A stretch of DNA of 38,818 bases from Psychromonas sp. (GCA_041586895.1 JBFGZH010000001.1:1-38818), one strand, 5' to 3'; shown: positions 7,511 to 17,753, counted from the stretch's first letter. The notes: a model not told the origin generated them from the sequence alone. Made by a program: numbers and translations.

Positions 7511-8494
7511 ATGGCAAAAACAGTAGACTTTTTCAAAGGGCGTTGGCTTGAGGTGTTCAGGGGCTACGGGCTACCACACGTCACATCATTAAAGCACGTC
7601 GAGTGCCCACTGTGCGGGAAGAAAAATTTCCGCATCGATAACAAACAAGGGTCCGGCTCATGGATTTGTACCTGCTCATCTGGTTATGGTATGCAGTTGC
7701 TAATGGAAGTCACCGGGAACGACTTTAAAACGATGGCGGCTGAGCTAGACAAAGCCTATGGTAACTACACGCCAGAGATTCCACGCGGTGAGTTTGCCAA
7801 TCAAGGTGAGTTTGCACCAAGTAAACAGCAGCAGATACTCACTAGATTCAGCAGTATTGGCCGGATTGAGAGCACACCCGTGCAAAAGTATTTAAACGGG
7901 CGTGGCATTTACACTTTACCAACAAGCAGCGTTAAATTCAGCAAAGCCGAGTATGACCGGGAATATAACCGCTCATTTCAAGCGATGTATAGCGTGGCAA
8001 CCGATGACCACATGAACATCATCTATCTGCACAAAACGTTTTTAGAAAGCGGCAAAAAAGCCGACGTTGAGCGGAGCAAGAAAATATACAGCGCACTAGA
8101 TAATAAGGTAGTTTGCGACTCGTGCGGTCACACGTCAACGCAGAGCTGTGCTGTCAGGCTGTTTGAAGCAGGTGATACGCTAGGGATAGCTGAGGGCATA
8201 GAAACTGCATTATCAGCTACTCAGCTGTCAAAAGTGCCGTGCTGGGCGGTAGTTAACACATCAATCATGAAGGCGTTTAAAGCACCAAAGGGAGTTAAAA
8301 CGCTGATTATATTCGCAGATAACGACAGTAACGGCGCTGGACTAGCCGCCGCCATGGTGTGTGCCAACAAGAACATTCTAGCGAATAACGATGTAAATAA
8401 AGTGCTTATTCGCTGGAATGAGGATGTCGGCGTTGATTTTAACGATATGCTATCAATGACAAATCAAAAGTATTTAGAGCTTAAGATCGGTTAG
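7511..8494 (+). CDS. DNA primase (Zn ribbon + TOPRIM)
   Basis: CPLCG...FRID...WICTC; IAEGIETALS; IFADND; DFND. Confidence 0.9.
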   Translation: MAKTVDFFKGRWLEVFRGYGLPHVTSLKHVECPLCGKKNFRIDNKQGSGSWICTCSSGYGMQLLMEVTGNDFKTMAAELDKAYGNYTPEIPRGEFANQGEFAPSKQQQILTRFSSIGRIESTPVQKYLNGRGIYTLPTSSVKFSKAEYDREYNRSFQAMYSVATDDHMNIIYLHKTFLESGKKADVERSKKIYSALDNKVVCDSCGHTSTQSCAVRLFEAGDTLGIAEGIETALSATQLSKVPCWAVVNTSIMKAFKAPKGVKTLIIFADNDSNGAGLAAAMVCANKNILANNDVNKVLIRWNEDVGVDFNDMLSMTNQKYLELKIG

Positions 8495-8530
8495 TGTCTA
8501 TTGCTGCACTGCGTGCATTGGTATATCGAT

Positions 8531-8836
8531 TTAATAACCCGCGACCGTGTAAGATGGCGTGCTGACAGTGATAGTTATTGAGCTAACGCCATCGATCAAT
8601 TCAACATCTTGCGTTACGAGGTTTGCGTGATACCCATCAACAATTGCTGTCTCAGGGTATTCATTACCATCATCATCTGTCATCGTTGCGCCTGTTGGCG
8701 TGTAAATATCACCGATTAAATGAATAAAGTAATCGTGAGTAGCTGTCACCAGCTCGCCATTAAAGAATTCAAAGCCTGCTGATTCTAGTGCATTAAGCAT
8801 CTGTTCTTTTGTTTCTGTTTTTAGATTAATAACCAT
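8531..8836 (-). CDS. Fibre-associated protein, 101 aa
   Basis: Translationally coupled to the fibre gene; acidic; last gene of the late arm. Confidence 0.65.
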   Translation of the reverse strand: MVINLKTETKEQMLNALESAGFEFFNGELVTATHDYFIHLIGDIYTPTGATMTDDDGNEYPETAIVDGYHANLVTQDVELIDGVSSITITVSTPSYTVAGY

Positions 8837-10494
8837 TATTTGGCACCTCCGCGTGATGCAATCTCTTCATCAGATAAAGCTCTGTGATAAATCTCAAAGT
8901 TTGATAGTCCACTATTAACACGCAAGCCCGAAAAAGAGATATTTTTTGTTATAGTGTAAGTCGGTGTTGCATTTGCAATTGTACCAAGTAGAACTCCGTC
9001 GACATAACTAGACATTACCCCCGACTCAAACTTGCACGCGCAACGATGGTATGTTCCCGTTTTGCCGTGTGCAACTTGCAAGTCAATACCTGATGTTCCA
9101 TTAGACATTATGAAGCGCAAGTTTCCGCTTGGATTATGTGTCTCAAGTCTAAATCCTGTTGTAGCATCGAAATTCTTCTCTCCGAATGCTAATTTATTAC
9201 TTATCGTGTCAACATCCAATTTTGCATCAATAAATATAGTGAAGTCATCCCCAGGTGGTGGCATGTTGCCCATCATTGGAATCTCTGCAACGTCGGCAGC
9301 GCGTGTAACTGATACTGTTGTGGTCTTTATGTAAGGCGCATCAAGTACGTTTTTTGTGATTTGCGCGTGAGTCATATAAAAGCCCGAAACACCATCACCA
9401 TCCCAAGATGAGCCTCCCGCTGTGGTTGGCGCAGAGAAGTAACAAAGTGACGTTGTATTTACGTTGGCAGTGGTAAAGTGAATATTAAATTCATAAGTGC
9501 TGCCGCCTATGCTTCTGTATTTTGCTGAAACACCTGCTCCAATGAAGTTAATGGTGTCGCCGTTTGGATCAAACTCAACCACGGCAGCTGACTCACCACT
9601 TCTTGCAAATTCAAATCTTATTAACCTGCTTCCATTTGTTTTTGCTTTTATTGTTGCCGATACAACATCTCCAGCTGCTGATGAATACGTTCTATTCATG
9701 CGATGAGGCACAGCGGCAGTGGTGTCTTCAGTCACTAGCCACATCAATTCTGAGCTATTCGGCAGAGTTGTCCCATCTTGAGAAACAGTTGCATTCACTG
9801 CCGTCCAAAGAGACAAGTCCTCGCTCTGCAACAAGTCATTGCTATAGCTCGCAAACACTGAAAGCCCGTTTTTAGTTATTGCAGGCTCATTTGACAACAA
9901 GTCTTCATTGACGCCCGACTTGTTTGTGTTACCTGTTGCGCTTGCTCGCGTGTATGTGACTGACCTATTACCGTTTGCGTCTAAATCGCCATATCCTCGA
10001 GCAATTTCAATCCCCTCATTAAACGGAATCGATACATCAGGCTTAAGATTCCCTGGCGCAATGTTTGATAGCTCTGTTGCTACTGAGTCTGTAAAGCCTG
10101 TAAATAGCGCCTCCGTTGCAGCCTGTGCCGCCTCTGCGTCATTCTTTGCGTCTGTAGCATCTGCTACAAGCGCTTGGAACACAAGCAAATCAGCTTCGGT
10201 TGCTGGCGTTGTAATGCCTAAGAGCGACGGTATATCTGATGCAGGCGTGTCTGAGTTGATAGTTAAAACACCATGGGCAATCCATTTTTTATTAAGATAG
10301 TCCCAAGTCTCAATCAAAACGTTGCCGTATTCGACGTCTATGTCATAAGCCCCGTCTATCTCAATGTCGTGAATTGAGCGAAACCCCTTGAGAGTTTGCC
10401 CAGTGTTTGTTGTGTGTGTGAATCTAATCTTATTTCTATAAGAGAACTCACCTAGTGGATCGCGCAGAATCCCAGTTAAATTAATGCTAGCCAT
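8836..10494 (-). CDS. Tail fibre / receptor-binding protein with ConA/LamG-like C-terminus
   Basis: Fibre-type N-terminal anchor, Ala-rich linker, beta-rich domains, C-terminal YVDG...IYHRALSDEEI typical of LamG folds. Confidence 0.75.
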   Translation of the reverse strand: MASINLTGILRDPLGEFSYRNKIRFTHTTNTGQTLKGFRSIHDIEIDGAYDIDVEYGNVLIETWDYLNKKWIAHGVLTINSDTPASDIPSLLGITTPATEADLLVFQALVADATDAKNDAEAAQAATEALFTGFTDSVATELSNIAPGNLKPDVSIPFNEGIEIARGYGDLDANGNRSVTYTRASATGNTNKSGVNEDLLSNEPAITKNGLSVFASYSNDLLQSEDLSLWTAVNATVSQDGTTLPNSSELMWLVTEDTTAAVPHRMNRTYSSAAGDVVSATIKAKTNGSRLIRFEFARSGESAAVVEFDPNGDTINFIGAGVSAKYRSIGGSTYEFNIHFTTANVNTTSLCYFSAPTTAGGSSWDGDGVSGFYMTHAQITKNVLDAPYIKTTTVSVTRAADVAEIPMMGNMPPPGDDFTIFIDAKLDVDTISNKLAFGEKNFDATTGFRLETHNPSGNLRFIMSNGTSGIDLQVAHGKTGTYHRCACKFESGVMSSYVDGVLLGTIANATPTYTITKNISFSGLRVNSGLSNFEIYHRALSDEEIASRGGAK

Positions 10495-11111
10495 TCTTCA
10501 ATCTCCGTGATTTTATTTAATTTTTGCTCGATAACGTCTATTTTAAAGCCAGCTTCTTTGCGGTTGCTGCTTATCTCTTTTTTGATGGATTCTGATTGTA
10601 GTTTTAATTCTTCAATCTCTGCTGTTAGATGGGCGACCTTGCCTTCAAGGTTGTCAATCAAATCAATTATTTTTGCATCGTCGTACTGTGGTTTTATTTT
10701 AGACTCAACTGACTTTATTAGTTTGATCACTCCGCTGTCATCATAGGCAGCAGGAATTACTTTGGAGTCGATTTTTTTAATCAGTTTAACAAGGCTAGAA
10801 TCATCATAAGCGGCAGGTATCTTTGATTCAATACTGCCCTTTAATTTATCTAAGTCGCTATTATTAGGCTTGCTTTTAACAGCCTTGACCAGCTTCTCGA
10901 TCTCTGATTTTAGAGCTGCAACCTCTTTACTGTCTGCTTTCCCTTGGTTATCGAGGGTATCCGGCATAACATCATTAATCTCTGATGCGATTCGGTTCAG
11001 CTCTGTTGCTAGTGATACTTGGAAGTCAACAACATCAAAAATATTCTTGCTAACCCCCTTTATATTTTTGGCACGCTCTAGGTTGATCGGAGGTATTTTT
11101 ATTTTTTGCAT
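10476..11111 (-). CDS. Tail-associated coiled-coil protein with internal repeats
   Basis: Three IP(AA/Q)YDD-like repeats; located in the tail-tip cluster. Confidence 0.65.
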   Translation of the reverse strand: MQKIKIPPINLERAKNIKGVSKNIFDVVDFQVSLATELNRIASEINDVMPDTLDNQGKADSKEVAALKSEIEKLVKAVKSKPNNSDLDKLKGSIESKIPAAYDDSSLVKLIKKIDSKVIPAAYDDSGVIKLIKSVESKIKPQYDDAKIIDLIDNLEGKVAHLTAEIEELKLQSESIKKEISSNRKEAGFKIDVIEQKLNKITEIEEWLALI

Positions 11112-12865
11112 TAGACTAAGCCTCGTATTTTTAGTGTTGTTCTGTATTTCGATGGTGAGGAGTATACTATAGGGCTGCGCTCGTAATAACCAAGAGTGAA
11201 CAATTTTTCATCATCCGGCTTATCACCAACCCACACAGACGGAATATTCAGTGCCTCTTTAAGTATTCTCTCGACATAATTTGCATAAATAGGTTCAATT
11301 GATATTTCAAAAGATGTGTACTCAGCGCTTGGCCTTCGAGTTATCTTTTCATTACCAAACACATCCGTCGAAACTGTATCGTATGACGTCCTAGATGTGC
11401 TTGACTCGTGTAGCGCAGTGCCTATTGTTCTGTGGTTTCCGATGACAATATCGCCAATTTTTATATCTGCCCCGCTAGACTCAAAAGTGATCTTTATGAA
11501 AGGCGTTGCATAAAGTGGTAGGTCGTCAAATAAAATCTTGCTATTTAAGAAAGCGCCATTTGCCAGAGTGTCCTCGATCGGTGCTGATATTTCTGTATCT
11601 TGAAACTCACTGTAAATTATTGCTCCAGATGCATTATTCTCTCTAGCTTCAACATAAACGCGGGTTACATCTTCCAAGCCAAATAGCGCGACATTGGTAC
11701 AGTCGACACTGGGTGAAAATGTAAACTCGGCACCAGAAACGGGCATCTCAGATTTGGTATTTATGGCGTAGTCAAACGCCCTGTACTTATTTGTCGAACC
11801 AACATTTACCCAAGTAGGGGGAGTTTTTAGCTCCCCTACCTCTGGGTCATCAAGGTTTGCAGGTGTTGCCGATATATACTTAGAGTGCGAGGATGATTTT
11901 ACAATCTCCTCATCTAGGCCGTAAGATTTATTCAGTTTTAGCACCGTACTGGTGTCACCTACGCAGTAAATATTTCCGTCATTTGCGAGTGCTGTTTCAT
12001 AGTATGTGCCAGTGTAACTTCCAAATGTGCTGACAGTCTGAGCGCCTGTATCTATGCTCAGGACCGGCCCTGTGTCACCTACGCAGTAAATATTGCCGTC
12101 GCTTGCGAGTGTTGTTGCTCTGTATATGGTGGAATAACTGCCAAATGTGCTCATTGACGGGCCGCTAACATCTATCTTTAAAACTGAGCCAGTATTCCCT
12201 ACGCAGTAAATATCACCGTTATTTGCGAGCGCCATATCGAAGTATGCCCCCTGGTGGCTCCCAAATGTACTAGCTGTTTGATCTTCCACACTTATCTTTA
12301 ATGCAACGCCCGAAGCCGACCCACCTACGCAGTAAATATTTCCATCATTTGCGAGTGCTGAATCGTAATATGTAGTGGTATAGCTACCAAATGTACTAAC
12401 AGTTTGAGCGCCAACGTTTATCTCTAATATAACGCCTGTGTCACCTACGCAGTAAATATTTCCATCATTACCCAGAGTAGCTGCGTAGTAAGTACCCGTA
12501 TGACTACCAAATGTACTGACAGTTTGAGCGCCAACGTTTATCTTTAATACAACACCAGAGTTGCCAACGCAGTAAATATTGCCGTCATTTGCTAGCCTAG
12601 CAACCCTATAAACACCAGTGTAGCTACCAAATGTACTAACAGTTTGAGCGCCAACGTTTATCTTTAAGACGTTACCAGCACCACCCACACAGTAAATATT
12701 GCCGTCATTTGCTAGCGCTGAACCTAAATGTGTGCCAGTGTAGCTACCAAAAGTCGCTGGCAAACTAGGGTCAACCCACTCAACCTCACCCACTGATGCA
12801 TCAGGCTCAGATATTGAGTTTGTCATATTGCCGCTGGTTATTTCAAATGGTGCTATAACTCTCAT
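11111..12865 (-). CDS. Tail tip protein with inserted 7-repeat beta-propeller
   Basis: Directly after tape measure; seven ~40-aa repeats TFGSY.G.Y....LANDGNIYCVG..G.VLKI. Confidence 0.75.
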   Translation of the reverse strand: MRVIAPFEITSGNMTNSISEPDASVGEVEWVDPSLPATFGSYTGTHLGSALANDGNIYCVGGAGNVLKINVGAQTVSTFGSYTGVYRVARLANDGNIYCVGNSGVVLKINVGAQTVSTFGSHTGTYYAATLGNDGNIYCVGDTGVILEINVGAQTVSTFGSYTTTYYDSALANDGNIYCVGGSASGVALKISVEDQTASTFGSHQGAYFDMALANNGDIYCVGNTGSVLKIDVSGPSMSTFGSYSTIYRATTLASDGNIYCVGDTGPVLSIDTGAQTVSTFGSYTGTYYETALANDGNIYCVGDTSTVLKLNKSYGLDEEIVKSSSHSKYISATPANLDDPEVGELKTPPTWVNVGSTNKYRAFDYAINTKSEMPVSGAEFTFSPSVDCTNVALFGLEDVTRVYVEARENNASGAIIYSEFQDTEISAPIEDTLANGAFLNSKILFDDLPLYATPFIKITFESSGADIKIGDIVIGNHRTIGTALHESSTSRTSYDTVSTDVFGNEKITRRPSAEYTSFEISIEPIYANYVERILKEALNIPSVWVGDKPDDEKLFTLGYYERSPIVYSSPSKYRTTLKIRGLV

Positions 12866-15800
12866 GCCACAATCTCCACACCAACATTCACAATCCTATC
12901 TAGGCTGTTGGCACTCTCTGCTTGATATTTATTCTGCTCTCTCATAAGTGAGTTACTCTCTTTTAGCTCATTAATTAAAACTTCGTTAGATAATTTTAAT
13001 TCACCTGCTATTTTATCACTATTTTGAATATTAGTCGCGGATACATACGCATCGGATGAATTGCCGGAAAGTGTGCTGTTAATACTCGTCAATATATCAA
13101 CTTGCTGCTGGTTGGCTGTCAGCATCATATCGTCCACGGTAGCTGTCGCAGAAGCTAGGTCGGCAAGGTCTGCTAGTTTATTTGCAGTCTTTGCCTGTTC
13201 TATATTGAACATTTCAAGGGATGAGAAGCCCTCCATTTGTGGGTTAATGTTGCTCAAGTCTAAAGATAAAGCTTTACTGAAATCGCCTAGACGGGCTGCT
13301 TGCAGTGCTGCGTCAAGTGCTACATTGCTCGTGGCTGCGCCAGAGCCATATATGCTAACAACCGCACCACGCAGGGTGTCTGATAGTGACGATAAGGAGC
13401 TATTAAAGCTATCTAGCTCGGATTGAGCCTTGTCTAATTCAGCCTGTTGCTCAGCAAGGATTTTCTCTTCCTCCGCTTTCGCTTTGCTCTGCCTATCTTC
13501 TAGTAGGTCATAGTAATCACCCGCTATGCTTTGAATGTTTAACAGCGTGGCGATCTGTGCTTGCCCTGCCTCATCATTGCCATTTATCGAATCCATTAAA
13601 TCAAAGAACCCTTCGGCAGTGTCAGGGACAGCTAAACCAACAGATTCTAATGCCTCTGTCATAGCCTTGCTGTTTAACTCAAACTTTGCAGACTCAGGTG
13701 CGAAATCGTTAAAGAATGATCCGACCTTTGTTGAAAATAATTCAAGCCCACCAGTGAGCATTGACAAATTTTCCGAAACTTGTACAAAGTGGCCGGGGCT
13801 TACCAATTTATCAACAATTTTTATTCCTAGGTTTTCAATGGCAAATTCAGCAACAGAAACCTGTGATGCCAATCTAGCAAGCGCTTCTCCCGCTCCCTCG
13901 CCAGCCTGTTTAAACCTCGTCACGAACGGTATGGTCGCACTTGCTAAGTTGTCAAAGATTTGACTGAAAACGGCTTCGATCTCCGCCTGCTGCTCCTCAA
14001 GGCTTAAGTCCATTAGTGAGATTTTAGTCGTTTGGATTGTAAACTCGTTTATCGCCCTTTCTAATTCATCGCCATTCATACCAAGCTGAACACCACCTTG
14101 GAACACGGCATCAGCTAGCGAGTCAAAAACAAGCCCAAACTGCGTACTCGCCTCTGCAAGGTCGTCGTAATATTCTTTTGTTTTTGTTTTAGACCATCGG
14201 TATTTTTTAGATTTAACTTCTTGGAAAGACTGAACTGTGATGTCCTCCATTAAGTCCCCAAGTGTACCGCCAACGATTCTAATACCCTCATCTGTCACCT
14301 TCTTGCTACCGCCTATTAGCTTGTCAACCCCTGCCATAATAGGCTCAAATAGAGCGCCTATTGCGGCACCAGCGAGAGCGCCAACAGGCCCGAAGATCAT
14401 GCCAGCACTAGCGCCAAGTGACGCACCACCAGCGATGTCTAGCGCCTTGTTTATTGAAGATGAGCCAAGAACCCCTTCAAAGGTGAAATTACTTACGAAA
14501 TCACTAGCTGCGCTTGTATTTACTGCGCTCTCTGATGTATCAAACGTTGATCCTCTAACACCCCGGAGAGACAGTCCAGCAGCAGATGATATGCCTGCCT
14601 GCACTGATTGTAGCGCCTTAAGCATCCCTGAGTTAATCCCTACTAGGTCGCTTGTTGCCTCGGCTGTAATATCAATAGAATTACTAATTGAATCCGCTTT
14701 ATCACCCCAAACATTAAGCCCTTGAGCAGCCTGATTGTCAGCTGATGTATTTTCCAAGCCACCGCCAATCGAGCCTGTAGACTGACCTAGTGATGCCATT
14801 GCAGTGATCATTGCCGCCATTCTAGGAAAAGCGCTGAACGGATCTCCGCTTGTCGCTTGGTTAATGACTGCGCCGACAGCCTGCACAGCGTTAAACGCAT
14901 CTGCCGCGACACTTAGTTGAGCAAACCCCTTAGAGCCTTCTGATGTAAACCCTTTCATTGCATTTAGCGAATCGCCAATTGATGAGGTTATATCACCAAA
15001 CAAATCAACATCTTTCACAGTGCCTTTTAGGGATTCGATTCTTGACTCCAGCTGATCGATAAACTCTAGGCCTGCCTCTGCGCTTATGTCGCCTGCATCC
15101 ATAGCCATCCACACTTCTACTATCTGGCCTTTCAGCTTGTCAATCTGACCCGTGCTTGCCTCAATACTGTCAATCCAATCCTGATAGCTAGTATCAACCT
15201 CTTTCTTGTTGAATTCGTCAACCTGAGCATTTAACTCTGCCAGCTTGTTTCTAACGCCCTCCGTGACCGGCAAACCACCATCAATAGCATCATTTATCTT
15301 CTCTATTTCATCAGTTAATTTCTGCAACGGAGTCCTATATCCAACAACAGAATCAAGCCATTTTTTATACTCATCTGCCTGTAGCTCTTCTTCACTAGGC
15401 GGCTTTAAGCTCTCTTTGAGGTTTATCCTGTCCAGCGCTGCTTTTAGATTATCCAGTGACGCGGAGCTGGATTCAATGCTCGCGCCAACCAATAAAAGAT
15501 CCTGATTTAACTCCTTCATACCCTTGGTTTTTGTTCTAGATCCCTGTTGCAAGTCAAGCTTGTTTATCTTCGCTTTTATTGAGGCCTGCTGCTCTAGTAG
15601 TTTGTTTTGCTCAATGGTAGCCGATGCTATAGCCGAGCCTAGCTCTGCCTTACCTTTCTTTTCAAATTCAGCTGTTAGCTCTTTGATGCTTTTGGACTGC
15701 TTACCTAATGATGCGCTCAGCTCATCAGAACTGTCCTTTGCACCAATAAACGCCACAACACCCGCTGCAACTGCTGATGCCAAAAGACCCCAAGGCCCCA

Positions 15801-16821
15801 TTAGGAATTTGACCGCAACACCAAACGCCCTAGTCGCTGTGGCCGCAATACCTGCTGCCGTAGCATAGGCGCCGGTTAGTCCTGTCATTTGCGCCAGTCT
15901 GACGTTATAAGCAACCGTAGAAGCCGCTGTTAAAGCTATCTCTTTCGCTGCACCTGCCATTGATGCGGCAAGGCCAACGCCAACAACAGCAGCAGCGGTC
16001 TTGACGCCTGCAATCAAATCATCTATTCGCTCTGTGGCAAATAAAACAGCACCAGACATGGAGTTATAAGCCGCTGCCGTCGCTTCTGAAAGCCCCAGGT
16101 TAGAATCTAGTGCGAGATTAAACTCTTGCACCCTCTGCCCTAGCGTGTCCTCTGCTCCTGCGAGTTGCATAGCCTCGGATCGGGCAACACCACCATATTG
16201 TGTACTTAGCTCTTTCAGTATTAAGTTTTGCGCAGCTAGAGCATCACCAGTCTCAGCAAGTGACTTAATAGTGCTTTTTTGCGATTGACTAAATGAAGCA
16301 CCTGATCGAGACATTGCAGATATACCGGCAATAGGATCTTCCAGCGCCTTACCTAGCTGAGTCATTGCGCTAGATAAGTTCTGACCTGTAACTCTGGACA
16401 AGTTTAATGCCGCCTCTGTAACTTCGTCATAGCTATCTACTGAGATTTTTTTAAACGTCAGCATTATGGACTGAGCCGCCATAACACCTTCTGTGCTATC
16501 AAGTGTAGCAAGTGCAAACTGCCTCGCTGACTCGTGAAGCTCCTCTGTTGTGATTTGTGATGTTTTACCTGTTGATTTGATTAACGCGTCCAGCTTTAGC
16601 ATGTTGCGCTGTAGCTGTGACGTTTCATCAATAACGCCTTTAAAGGATGCTGCAATACCAACGGTGGCAAGCGCTGCACCAACAAGCCCTATAGACTTTT
16701 TGAGGCTTGCCATTGTGCCGTCTACTTTTTTCCCAGATTCCGACAAAGAATCAAGCTTTCTAGTTGCTCGATCTAGATCCCCAGTTTCAGCCCTAAATCC
16801 TATTGTTGCTAAATCAGCCAT
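12862..16821 (-). CDS. Tail tape measure protein, 1319 aa
   Basis: MADLATIGFRAET N-terminus, QLGKALEDP motif, Ala/Gly-rich helical body, follows the chaperone genes. Confidence 0.92.
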   Translation of the reverse strand: MADLATIGFRAETGDLDRATRKLDSLSESGKKVDGTMASLKKSIGLVGAALATVGIAASFKGVIDETSQLQRNMLKLDALIKSTGKTSQITTEELHESARQFALATLDSTEGVMAAQSIMLTFKKISVDSYDEVTEAALNLSRVTGQNLSSAMTQLGKALEDPIAGISAMSRSGASFSQSQKSTIKSLAETGDALAAQNLILKELSTQYGGVARSEAMQLAGAEDTLGQRVQEFNLALDSNLGLSEATAAAYNSMSGAVLFATERIDDLIAGVKTAAAVVGVGLAASMAGAAKEIALTAASTVAYNVRLAQMTGLTGAYATAAGIAATATRAFGVAVKFLMGPWGLLASAVAAGVVAFIGAKDSSDELSASLGKQSKSIKELTAEFEKKGKAELGSAIASATIEQNKLLEQQASIKAKINKLDLQQGSRTKTKGMKELNQDLLLVGASIESSSASLDNLKAALDRINLKESLKPPSEEELQADEYKKWLDSVVGYRTPLQKLTDEIEKINDAIDGGLPVTEGVRNKLAELNAQVDEFNKKEVDTSYQDWIDSIEASTGQIDKLKGQIVEVWMAMDAGDISAEAGLEFIDQLESRIESLKGTVKDVDLFGDITSSIGDSLNAMKGFTSEGSKGFAQLSVAADAFNAVQAVGAVINQATSGDPFSAFPRMAAMITAMASLGQSTGSIGGGLENTSADNQAAQGLNVWGDKADSISNSIDITAEATSDLVGINSGMLKALQSVQAGISSAAGLSLRGVRGSTFDTSESAVNTSAASDFVSNFTFEGVLGSSSINKALDIAGGASLGASAGMIFGPVGALAGAAIGALFEPIMAGVDKLIGGSKKVTDEGIRIVGGTLGDLMEDITVQSFQEVKSKKYRWSKTKTKEYYDDLAEASTQFGLVFDSLADAVFQGGVQLGMNGDELERAINEFTIQTTKISLMDLSLEEQQAEIEAVFSQIFDNLASATIPFVTRFKQAGEGAGEALARLASQVSVAEFAIENLGIKIVDKLVSPGHFVQVSENLSMLTGGLELFSTKVGSFFNDFAPESAKFELNSKAMTEALESVGLAVPDTAEGFFDLMDSINGNDEAGQAQIATLLNIQSIAGDYYDLLEDRQSKAKAEEEKILAEQQAELDKAQSELDSFNSSLSSLSDTLRGAVVSIYGSGAATSNVALDAALQAARLGDFSKALSLDLSNINPQMEGFSSLEMFNIEQAKTANKLADLADLASATATVDDMMLTANQQQVDILTSINSTLSGNSSDAYVSATNIQNSDKIAGELKLSNEVLINELKESNSLMREQNKYQAESANSLDRIVNVGVEIVA

Positions 16822-16840
16822 TTGTATTCCTCTATATATG

Positions 16841-16860
16841 AAAAAACCGCATCACTGCGG
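16841..16860 (-). terminator. Terminator-like hairpin upstream of tape measure
   Basis: Minus strand CCGCA-GTGA-TGCGG followed by TTTTTT, overlapping the stop of the chaperone extension. Confidence 0.55.
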
Positions 16861-17307
16861 CTTCTCTTTCAATGCGTTAAACGCCTGTTCTTCTTTCGCC
16901 AACAGCCTGCTGATTGACTCGTTTTGTGCTGCAATGTCATCCTCGTCAAACTCTCGCTGGTATGGCGGTTCACATGGCTTCTTGCCTTTTTGCAAATAAC
17001 TGCAATATAGCTGACTCATCATTATTACCTGTTCCGCCTCCCATGCAGTTAGGCTTGACTTAGATAGCTCAGAGTAAGCCTTTAGCTCCTGCCACGTTAC
17101 CGCAACAGCCCCCATTCCAAAGCCAATACAAGGGCCAACTTTTCTAAAATGCGAAACAATAAGTTGATCCGCATCAGGCAATTTGCATATTGGATGTCCA
17201 TCGCCAAAGTCTTCAGCCCTGCTAACATTGTCGCGGCTTTCCTGTGGAGCGTTAAGCCATCCCAGGTGCATTGCATAAATAGCTAAGTCATCGCTCAGCT
17301 CTTGATA
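16852..17307 (-). CDS. Tail assembly chaperone C-terminal extension (gpT-like), reached by -1 frameshift
   Basis: Frame is open from the slippery site (YQELSDDLAIYAMHLGW...); contains VTWQELKAYSEL...LTAWE. Confidence 0.8.
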   Translation of the reverse strand, partial: YQELSDDLAIYAMHLGWLNAPQESRDNVSRAEDFGDGHPICKLPDADQLIVSHFRKVGPCIGFGMGAVAVTWQELKAYSELSKSSLTAWEAEQVIMMSQLYCSYLQKGKKPCEPPYQREFDEDDIAAQNESISRLLAKEEQAFNALKEKPQ

Positions 17308-17753
17308 AAATTTGCATCTTCATCCAAGAAATTGATCGCTTGCACTCGTAACTCTTGATACTTACCGAACACATACTCAACGTTCTTTTTATTACACTCT
17401 AAAGCGCCGCCTTTATCGTCGACAATATTAGTCCAACCTGTAACAACAGCAGCCAATCGCCTTACCTGAGCCGCCGCTGTTTCTTCAAAAAACGACTCTG
17501 AAATGTCGACATCATCTTTCTTTTTATTTCGTTTCTTTTTAGACTCAGCTCGCATTTCGCGCAGTGCAGCAATAGCATGCCTTTTATGTGCGTCTGAACT
17601 TGATCCAAGCATTGTCACCGTGACCGCTTTCTTTGGATTAGCAGCATCAAAGTCAAGATAAGCTAGATCGCCGTCAGGCAGCTTAAAATGTAGTGTTGCG
17701 CCTGCTTCTGAGTTTGAAACAGTGTCAAATTGTTGCATGAAATTCATTGTCAT
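17295..17753 (-). CDS. Tail assembly chaperone (gpG-like)
   Basis: Between tube and tape measure; ends ...DANFIKS over the A-AAT-TTT slippery site. Confidence 0.85.
   Translation of the reverse strand: MTMNFMQQFDTVSNSEAGATLHFKLPDGDLAYLDFDAANPKKAVTVTMLGSSSDAHKRHAIAALREMRAESKKKRNKKKDDVDISESFFEETAAAQVRRLAAVVTGWTNIVDDKGGALECNKKNVEYVFGKYQELRVQAINFLDEDANFIKS

Noticed and set aside
8836-12865. Diversity-generating retroelement targeting fibres
   Set aside because: No reverse transcriptase and no template/variable repeat pair with adenine-specific differences seen.
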